Shown here: positions 1-4,590 of the stretch, one piece after another
Layout: the number at the start of each line of letters is the position of its first letter
Numbering within the stretch: the first letter of the stretch is position 1
Source: a virus
Lineage: Duplodnaviria > Heunggongvirae > Uroviricota > Caudoviricetes
DNA length: 4,590 nt
Virus record (IMG/VR): IMGVR_UViG_2734482538_000008
Strand: one strand, 5' to 3'
Made by a program: the position numbers and the translations under genes
Notes under the pieces: generated by a model
Seen by the model: the letters and a program-made list of their open reading frames with translations, nothing else
Databases searched by the model: none
What the model was told of the DNA's origin: nothing

Positions 1-79
1 GCTTTGAACTCTTTAGAGTAACGTTGGGTTTTTCTGCTCATTATTAGCTCCTTCTGATGCCATTCTATTTCAGGAAGGA

Positions 80-782
80 GTGTCCGTTAAACTCAGGCTA
101 CCTCAGGTTATTCGCTTCTGGGCATGGGCGGATCAACAAATGATAGACGGTAATGCAGATTGTAACGCTCGCGGCGTTACAAAAAGTGCAATAGATCGCA
201 TCACTTTTATGTCTGGTTTTGCTGATGCGTTAATTCAGGTTGGATGGCTGGTCGAAAATGACGGAGGGCTTTCTCTACCTAACTTTGAACGTCATAACGG
301 AAAAAGCTCTAAAAAAAACGGGCGGTTACAAACGAGCGAGTAACAAAAATACGCGAACTGAAACGAAAAGGTAACGCTGCCAGCGTTACACAAACGGATC
401 AAAAAGCGTTACCAGAGGAAGAGGAAGAGGAAGATCTAAATACTGATCTCCCCCTCGCCAAAAACGAGCGTCTAAAAAATTCGAGCCGGAGGCTATTGAG
501 CTGCCCGATTGGTTGCCGGAAACACTCTGGCATGAGTGGGTCCGGTTCAGACAGGCATTGCGAAAACCGATTCGAACGGAGCAGGGCGCTAACGGGGCGA
601 TACGGGAACTGGAAAAATTCCGTCAGCAGGGTTTTACACCTGAGCAGGTGATTCGACACAGCATCGCCAATGAATACCAGGGCCTGTTCGCGCCGAAAGG
701 TGTTCGGCCTGAGACGTTGCTCCGACAGGTTAACACCGTCTCGTTGCCGGACAGTGCGATCCCGCCAGGCTTCAGGGGGTAA
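80..782 (+). pseudogene. Phage replication initiator (O-like / replisome-organizer type); reading frame broken twice as sequenced
   Basis: Frame-2 ORF 80-343 (GTG start at 80, AGGAAGGA at 72-79) ends ...GWLVENDGGLSLPNFERHNGKSSKK. Protein-like translation then continues in frame 1 (about 319-477: RAVTNERVTKIRELKRKG...EEEEEEDLNTDLPLAKNERLK) and in frame 0 (about 478-782: KFEPEAIELPDWLPETLWHEWVRFRQALRKP..., stop TAA 780-782). Both frame switches fall at homopolymers: A8 at 311-318 and the C5/A5/A6 runs at 450-479. The stop lies 6 nt before the helicase-loader ATG, the usual initiator/loader arrangement. Domain family is pattern recognition only. Confidence 0.55.
162..412. repeat. Cluster of dyad-symmetric GTAACGC / GCGTTAC repeats (iteron-like, candidate replication origin inside the initiator gene)
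   Basis: Two full 19-bp palindromic sites, GTAACGC-tcgcg-GCGTTAC (162-180) and GTAACGC-tgcca-GCGTTAC (371-389). An extra GCGTTAC half-site sits at 406-412 and a weaker GTTAC...GTAAC pair at 325-344. That is five exact copies of one 7-mer (either orientation) within about 250 bp, where well under one is expected by chance. I found only one other exact copy in the window (2365-2371). Confidence 0.4.
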
Positions 783-788
783 CGGACC

Positions 789-1540
789 ATGAAAAATATT
801 GCGACAGGCGGCGTTCTGGAACGCATCCGCCGACTGACCCCGCCACATGTAACCGCCCCATTCAGAACGGTAGCGGAGTGGCGCGAGTGGCAACTTGCTG
901 AAGGCCAGAAACGTAGCGAGGAGATCAACCGCCTGAATCGCCAGTTGCGGGTGGAAAAAATTCTGAATCGCTCAGGCATCCAGCCGTTGCACCGTAAATG
1001 CTCGTTTGCGAATTACCAGGTGCAGAACGACGGCCAGCGATACGCGTTAAGCCAGGCGAAATCCATCGCCGATGAACTGATGACCGGGTGTACAAATTTT
1101 GCGTTCAGCGGAAAACCTGGTACCGGGAAGAATCACTTAGCGGCAGCTATCGGGAATCGCCTGCTGAAAGACGGTCAGACAGTGATTGTGGTTACCGTGG
1201 CTGATGTTATGAGCGCCNNNNNNNNNNNNNNNNNNNNNNNNNNNNNNNNNNNNNNNNNNNNNNNNNNNNNNNNNNNNNNNNNNNNNNNNNNNNNNNNNNN
1301 NNNNNNNNNNNNNNNNNNNNNNNNNNNNNNNNNNNNNNNNNNNNNNNNNNNNNNNNNNNNNNNNNNNNNNNNNNNNNNNNNNNNNNNNNNNNNNNNNNNN
1401 NNNNNNNNNNNNNNNNNNNNNNNNNNNNNNNNNNNNNNNNNNNNNNNNNNNNNNNNNNNNNNNNNNNNNNNNNNNNNNNNNNNNNNNNNNNNNNNNNNNN
1501 NNNNNNNNNNNNNNNNNNNNNNNNNNNNNNNNNNNNNNNN
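789..1540 (+). CDS. DnaC/IstB-family replicative helicase loader (phage P-like; resembles Rac YdaV / E. coli DnaC from memory); 3' end inferred
   Basis: ATG at 789 is 6 nt after the initiator stop. The visible 143 aa (789-1217) include Walker A FSGKPGTGKNHLAAAIGNRLL (GKPGTGKN at 1110-1133) and ...TVIVVTVADVMSA, closely matching the DnaC P-loop region as I remember it. The gene runs into the N-run at 1218. The end coordinate of about 1540 is an estimate from the typical family length of roughly 245-250 aa, not observed. Confidence 0.85.
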
Positions 1541-1561
1541 NNNNNNNNNNNNNNNNNNNNN
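1218..1561. other. Run of 344 N (assembly gap or masked sequence)
   Basis: Directly visible. It hides the 3' part of the helicase-loader gene and anything lying between it and the next gene. Confidence 0.99.
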
Positions 1562-1577
1562 AGTTTCAGGAGGATTT

Positions 1578-2000
1578 ATGGCGAAACCTTTTACTCCCGA
1601 ACAGCGGGAAGAACTGAAGACGCGAATTGTGGAACTCGTGCATCAGGACGGTCGGGTCACGATTCGGCAGTTGTCAGATGAAACAGGTATCAGTCGTGCG
1701 TCTGTCGGTCGCTTATGCATAGAACTGGTCGCAAGTGGTGATGTATATAATTCTGGCTACGGCTTATTCCCGTCTGAACAGGCTCGCAAGGACTGGCAAA
1801 GCGCCCGCAAAAAACTCTCGAGAGTAAAGGTGAGGAAACCGGTTGTTGTTGATCCGGACCTTATCTGGTCATTACCTGACGGAGAAATACGCCGCTACGA
1901 CAGGCGCCTGAATATAATCTGTCGCGAGTGCCGGAAGAGCGAAGCTATGCAGCGTGTACTGGCTTTCTATCAGGGTAATTTTCAGGAGGCGATACTGTGA
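1578..2000 (+). CDS. Hypothetical protein with putative helix-turn-helix / winged-helix DNA-binding motif (140 aa)
   Basis: AGGAGG at 1568-1573 sits 4 nt before ATG 1578; stop TGA at 1998-2000. The translation MAKPFTPEQREELKTRIVELVHQDGRVTIRQLSDETGISRASVGRLCIELVASGDV... contains an HTH-like segment. An N-terminal extension into the N-run cannot be excluded, but the strong SD supports 1578. Confidence 0.7.
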   Translation: MAKPFTPEQREELKTRIVELVHQDGRVTIRQLSDETGISRASVGRLCIELVASGDVYNSGYGLFPSEQARKDWQSARKKLSRVKVRKPVVVDPDLIWSLPDGEIRRYDRRLNIICRECRKSEAMQRVLAFYQGNFQEAIL

Positions 2001-2414
2001 ATGAAATTAGCTATCAGGCTTCAATTACCGCTGGCATTCGCATCAAAGGAGAGGAGCATGGAAATAAAACCAGAAGATGAGTTAAGCAATATCGTTTTAT
2101 TTCCGGTAAAAGAGGATGACCCTCGTAATCAGGTTAATTTTCTTTATGAGCCATCGGAAAGACCATATTGCCATCACGCCTCTGTACGGGTTGACGAAAA
2201 AGAGCGTCAGGTCCGCTGTAAAATCTGCGGTGCGGTTGTGGAGCCGTTTGACTGGATGCTCTCTGTGGCAAAAAGAGAAACCAGACTGGCAGATGATGTA
2301 AGGCTATTGCGCCAGGAGGAACAGGAAAGGCGGAGAAATATAGAAAAGCTGATACAGATTGAGCGTAACGCGAAAGCGCGGATACGCAGGGCGACAAAAT
2401 CCAGAACTGAATAA
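2001..2414 (+). CDS. Small hypothetical protein with CHH...CxxC zinc-ribbon-like motif and a C-terminal charged coiled-coil-like segment
   Basis: ATG 2001 overlaps the upstream stop (TGAATG), suggesting translational coupling. An alternative start at ATG 2058 has a better SD (AGGAG 2047-2051, 6-nt spacer) and would give 118 aa beginning MEIKPEDE. Motifs: PYCHHASV...RCKICG, then RLADDVRLLRQEEQERRRNIEKLIQIERNAKARIRR. Stop TAA at 2412-2414. Confidence 0.6.
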   Translation: MKLAIRLQLPLAFASKERSMEIKPEDELSNIVLFPVKEDDPRNQVNFLYEPSERPYCHHASVRVDEKERQVRCKICGAVVEPFDWMLSVAKRETRLADDVRLLRQEEQERRRNIEKLIQIERNAKARIRRATKSRTE

Positions 2415-2518
2415 TTAAATTTAGCACTGTTAAAAATTTAATCCTTAACCGGAGGGATTTCTGCACCCTCAAATCATCAGGAGACCACCCGAAAGGGCGG
2501 GGAGCAGTCACACATCTG

Positions 2519-2548
2519 TTTCCGATAGCCCCGTTCTAATGCTACACT
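2519..2548 (+). promoter_or_regulatory. Candidate sigma70 promoter with extended -10 upstream of the QueH-like gene
   Basis: TGcTACACT (extended -10, 2540-2548) with a weak -35 TTTCCG (2519-2524). It lies in the 146-nt intergenic gap before ATG 2562. Purely a sequence-pattern call. Confidence 0.25.
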
Positions 2549-2561
2549 CTTTGATATTTTT

Positions 2562-3248
2562 ATGACCCCAATAAACATATTTATGACAGTTGCTGATTTC
2601 AAACGGCCCAAATTGGAGCTCCCAAACGGGGCAAACAAACTACTACTGCACTCTTGCTGTGCTCCATGTTCCGGTGAGGTGATGGAGGCGCTTCAGGCCT
2701 CGGGAATCGACTACACCATCTTTTTCTACAACCCGAACATTCATCCTCAGAAAGAGTATTTAATTCGTAAGGATGAGAATATTCGCTTTGCTGAACAACA
2801 CGGCGTGCCGTTTATTGATGCTGATTACGACACAGACAACTGGTTTGAACGAGCCAAAGGAATGGAATGGGAGCCCGAACGAGGGATCCGTTGCACCATG
2901 TGTTTTGACATGCGTTTTGAGCGGACAGCGCTGTACGCCGCTGAAAATGGTTTCAGTGTGATCAGCAGTTCACTGGGCATTTCACGCTGGAAAAATATGC
3001 AGCAGGTTAACGACTGTGGGCGGCGAGCCGTCGCGCATTATCCGGGCATGGTGTACTGGGATTATAACTGGCGCAAGCAGGGCGGCTCGTCCCGTATGAT
3101 TGAAATCAGCAAGCGCGAAAAATTCTATCAGCAGGAATATTGTGGCTGTGTGTATTCTCTGCGCGATACCAATCTACACCGCAAATCTCAGGGACGCCCT
3201 CTTATCAAAATTGGTCAACTCCACTACGGTAAAGAAGAGAAGGAGTGA
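2562..3248 (+). CDS. queH: QueH-like epoxyqueuosine reductase homolog (DUF208 family), 228 aa
   Basis: Translation carries the N-terminal [14 protein letters not shown] motif, then [21 protein letters not shown] and QEYCGCVYS. This cysteine pattern is what I recognise as the DUF208/QueH family. Assigned from memory of the family, not from a search. Start could be ATG 2562 or ATG 2583; neither has a clear SD. Stop TGA at 3246-3248. Confidence 0.8.
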   Translation: MTPINIFMTVADFKRPKLELPNGANKLLLHSCCAPCSGEVMEALQASGIDYTIFFYNPNIHPQKEYLIRKDENIRFAEQHGVPFIDADYDTDNWFERAKGMEWEPERGIRCTMCFDMRFERTALYAAENGFSVISSSLGISRWKNMQQVNDCGRRAVAHYPGMVYWDYNWRKQGGSSRMIEISKREKFYQQEYCGCVYSLRDTNLHRKSQGRPLIKIGQLHYGKEEKE

Positions 3249-3269
3249 TTTTATGGGGCACCTTTCTGA

Positions 3270-3299
3270 TTGATTTCATATTGGCGAGGTAAGTAGAAT
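3270..3299 (+). promoter_or_regulatory. Candidate sigma70 promoter (TTGATT -35, TAGAAT -10, 18-nt spacer)
   Basis: -35 TTGATT at 3270-3275 and -10 TAGAAT at 3294-3299. Same hexamers as the promoter at 3777-3804. Predicted start near 3306, reading into the inverted repeat and the N-run. Confidence 0.3.
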
Positions 3300-3317
3300 G
3301 ACTGCGGGTGCTTGAGG

Positions 3318-3354
3318 CTATCTGCTTCAGGCATGAACACCAAAAGGCAGATAG
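3318..3354. repeat. Perfect 8-bp inverted repeat CTATCTGC ... GCAGATAG (21-nt spacer); operator or 5' stem-loop candidate
   Basis: CTATCTGC at 3318-3325 pairs base for base with GCAGATAG at 3347-3354. It sits just downstream of the predicted start of the 3270-3299 promoter. The same 8-mer recurs at 3794-3801. Confidence 0.4.
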
Positions 3355-3395
3355 AGAAAAGCCCCAGTTAACATTACGCGTCCGGCAAGACGCTT

Positions 3396-3681
3396 NNNNN
3401 NNNNNNNNNNNNNNNNNNNNNNNNNNNNNNNNNNNNNNNNNNNNNNNNNNNNNNNNNNNNNNNNNNNNNNNNNNNNNNNNNNNNNNNNNNNNNNNNNNNN
3501 NNNNNNNNNNNNNNNNNNNNNNNNNNNNNNNNNNNNNNNNNNNNNNNNNNNNNNNNNNNNNNNNNNNNNNNNNNNNNNNNNNNNNNNNNNNNNNNNNNNN
3601 NNNNNNNNNNNNNNNNNNNNNNNNNNNNNNNNNNNNNNNNNNNNNNNNNNNNNNNNNNNNNNNNNNNNNNNNNNNNNNNNN
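3396..3681. other. Run of 286 N (assembly gap or masked sequence)
   Basis: Directly visible. It lies between a candidate promoter plus hairpin (3270-3354) and an intrinsic terminator (3712-3763), so whatever that unit encodes is hidden. Confidence 0.99.
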
Positions 3682-3711
3682 GTGTCAGGCATCCTCAACG
3701 CACCCGCACTT

Positions 3712-3763
3712 AACCCGCCCATCGCTGTGATCTCTCAGCGTTTCGGCGGGTTTTTTGTTGTTT
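3712..3763 (+). terminator. Rho-independent terminator (bipartite GC-rich hairpin followed by T-run)
   Basis: Outer stem CCCGCC (3714-3719) pairs with GGCGGG (3745-3750), extendable by two A-T pairs. Inner stem CGCTG (3723-3727) pairs with CAGCG (3736-3740) around an 8-nt loop. Followed by TTTTTTGTTGTTT (3751-3763). The orientation terminates + strand transcripts coming from the left. Confidence 0.55.
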
Positions 3764-3776
3764 ATTTCCGGTGAAT

Positions 3777-3804
3777 TTGATTCGCGCACCTTCGCAGATA
3801 GAAT
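3777..3804 (+). promoter_or_regulatory. Candidate sigma70 promoter (TTGATT -35, 16-nt spacer, TAGAAT -10) for the downstream ORFs
   Basis: -35 TTGATT at 3777-3782 and -10 TAGAAT at 3799-3804. The -10 is overlapped by the GCAGATAG motif (3794-3801). It lies directly downstream of the terminator and about 80 nt upstream of ATG 3886. Confidence 0.4.
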
Positions 3805-3885
3805 CGACTCACTTAAGTAGCGCGCAGGGAGAAGAGGGATGGACCCCGAACAGGGGAGAGCTATTTATCTGGAAGGATTCTGAAG

Positions 3886-4173
3886 ATGAAAATCGAAGAA
3901 TTGCGTGAAATTTTTAGTGAAAATGGCCTCTATGCTGTGCGCGTTGAGAATGGAGCGATTGTCAGCCATTGCCGCATTAGATGTTTGCAATCTCAACAAA
4001 GGAAGAGCGGTGCTGTGTTATTTTATTTTTGTAATGGACTTCTGACGGACGGTTTTATTTTGCGTGAGGACGAATTTGTCACATCATTACGGGTTTTGAA
4101 AGAGATTGGTTTTAAGGCTGGTTTTCTGCTTTTGCTGAAGAATAAACTCATCTACAATCTTGAGCAGGATTGA
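3886..4173 (+). CDS. Hypothetical protein (95 aa), AT-rich moron-like gene
   Basis: GGAAGGA at 3871-3877 sits 8 nt before ATG 3886; stop TGA at 4171-4173. My manual count gives about 40 percent GC, lower than the neighbouring genes. It has its own upstream promoter candidate. I do not recognise the family. Confidence 0.5.
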   Translation: MKIEELREIFSENGLYAVRVENGAIVSHCRIRCLQSQQRKSGAVLFYFCNGLLTDGFILREDEFVTSLRVLKEIGFKAGFLLLLKNKLIYNLEQD

Positions 4174-4211
4174 ACTCCTGCTGTGTAACACCGTGCCACC
4201 GGAGAAAGCCG

Positions 4212-4565
4212 ATGGCACATATACAACTGGTCAAACAAACCTCTTCCGGATTACTTCTCCCGGCGACGCCGGAGAGTTGCGATTTTCTGCATCAAATCAA
4301 AATAGGTGAGTGGATACACGCAGACTTTAAGCGTGTGTGTAACTACGCATTCCACAAGCGTTTTTTCAAACTCCTGCAACTGGGTTTCGATTACTGGACT
4401 CCGGTCGGTGGGGCGATCACGCCTCGCGAACGAAAACTGGTGTCCGGTTTCGTTGATTACCTGTGTGAATCAGTAGGCCGGGAACATACGCCAGCTCTGA
4501 GCGAAGCCGCAGAGCAATTGAGGTGTACTGGCAATAGCGGACACTACCATTTGTTCTTTTTTTAA
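4212..4565 (+). CDS. Hypothetical nin-region protein, possibly YbcN/DUF1367-like (117 aa as sequenced; may be truncated)
   Basis: GGAGA at 4201-4205 sits 6 nt before ATG 4212. Translation MAHIQLVKQTSSGLLLPATPESCDFLHQIKIGEWIHADFKRVCNYAFHKRFFKLLQLGFDYWTPVGG... resembles my recollection of DUF1367/YbcN-type prophage proteins (low certainty). The TAA stop (4563-4565) uses the last base of a T7 run (4557-4563). Confidence 0.55.
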   Translation: MAHIQLVKQTSSGLLLPATPESCDFLHQIKIGEWIHADFKRVCNYAFHKRFFKLLQLGFDYWTPVGGAITPRERKLVSGFVDYLCESVGREHTPALSEAAEQLRCTGNSGHYHLFFF

Positions 4566-4590
4566 GCAGCCATCTGATGATATTTTTCCC

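Noticed and set aside
399-893. Minus-strand ORF of 164 aa
   Set aside because: It lies entirely antisense to the initiator and helicase-loader coding sequence, which have strong protein-family signals. It has no SD and its translation is low-complexity and Arg/Ser-rich, typical of an antisense shadow ORF.
623-979. Minus-strand ORF of 118 aa
   Set aside because: Antisense to the initiator/helicase-loader junction. Same reasoning as above.
789-2000. Single 403-aa ORF in the track
   Set aside because: It only exists by translating through 344 N. The two halves are different proteins and the second has its own SD and ATG at 1578.
2116-2301. 61-aa + strand ORF
   Set aside because: Alternative frame inside the better-supported zinc-ribbon gene, with no independent start signals.
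2415-2441. Inverted repeat TTAAATTT...AAATTTAA after the zinc-ribbon gene, considered as a terminator
   Set aside because: The stem is entirely A/T with no GC clamp and no proper T-tract context, so it is unlikely to act as an intrinsic terminator. It may be a protein-binding site, but there is no support for that.
2134-2511. Minus-strand ORF of 125 aa
   Set aside because: Antisense to the zinc-ribbon gene and running through the intergenic promoter region. No SD and a hydrophobic, low-complexity translation.
2773-2961. 62-aa + strand ORF
   Set aside because: Alternative frame inside the QueH-like gene.
3253-3273. Mini-ORF MGHLSD with an apparently perfect SD (AAGGAG at 3240-3245)
   Set aside because: Only 6 codons, and the SD is simply the last codons of the QueH-like gene. 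It could be a leader peptide but there is no evidence, so it is not called.
3308-3730. 140-aa + ORF, and the 131-aa minus ORF at 3327-3722, spanning the second N-run
   Set aside because: Both are almost entirely translated N. The visible flanks are too short to support any coding call.
3270-3804. Interpretation as the lambda Q / pR' / tR' late-control region
   Set aside because: The genes downstream of the terminator are small accessory ORFs, not a holin/endolysin cassette, and no Q-like sequence is visible. The layout fits nin-region terminators and moron promoters better.
1-4590. Scan for CRISPR arrays, tRNA or rRNA genes, IS elements or transposases, and attachment sites
   Set aside because: No regularly spaced direct repeats, no cloverleaf-like or rRNA-like segments, and no transposase or integrase-like translations were seen in the visible sequence. 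The masked regions cannot be assessed.

Overview
The window reads as the replication-to-nin segment of an enterobacterial lambdoid (Rac/DLP12-type) prophage, with every supported gene on the + strand. All family assignments are from reading the translations by eye; no search was run. In order: (1) a replication initiator gene (80-782) whose reading frame is broken twice at homopolymer runs and which carries a cluster of dyad-symmetric GTAACGC-N5-GCGTTAC repeats, a candidate origin; (2) a DnaC/IstB-family helicase loader (789 onward, Walker A at 1110-1133) whose 3' end is hidden in an N-run; (3) an HTH protein; (4) a small zinc-ribbon/coiled-coil protein; (5) a QueH-like (DUF208) epoxyqueuosine reductase homolog; (6) a promoter plus inverted repeat leading into a second N-run, then an intrinsic terminator; (7) a second promoter driving an AT-rich 95-aa ORF and a YbcN/DUF1367-like ORF that stops on a T7 run. 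Two N-runs (1218-1561, 3396-3681) hide sequence, and ORFs in the track that span them are artefacts. I saw no rRNA, tRNA, CRISPR array or transposase. The most notable points are the phage-borne QueH homolog, the origin-like repeats inside a frame-broken initiator gene, and a promoter/terminator-bracketed unit whose content is masked.
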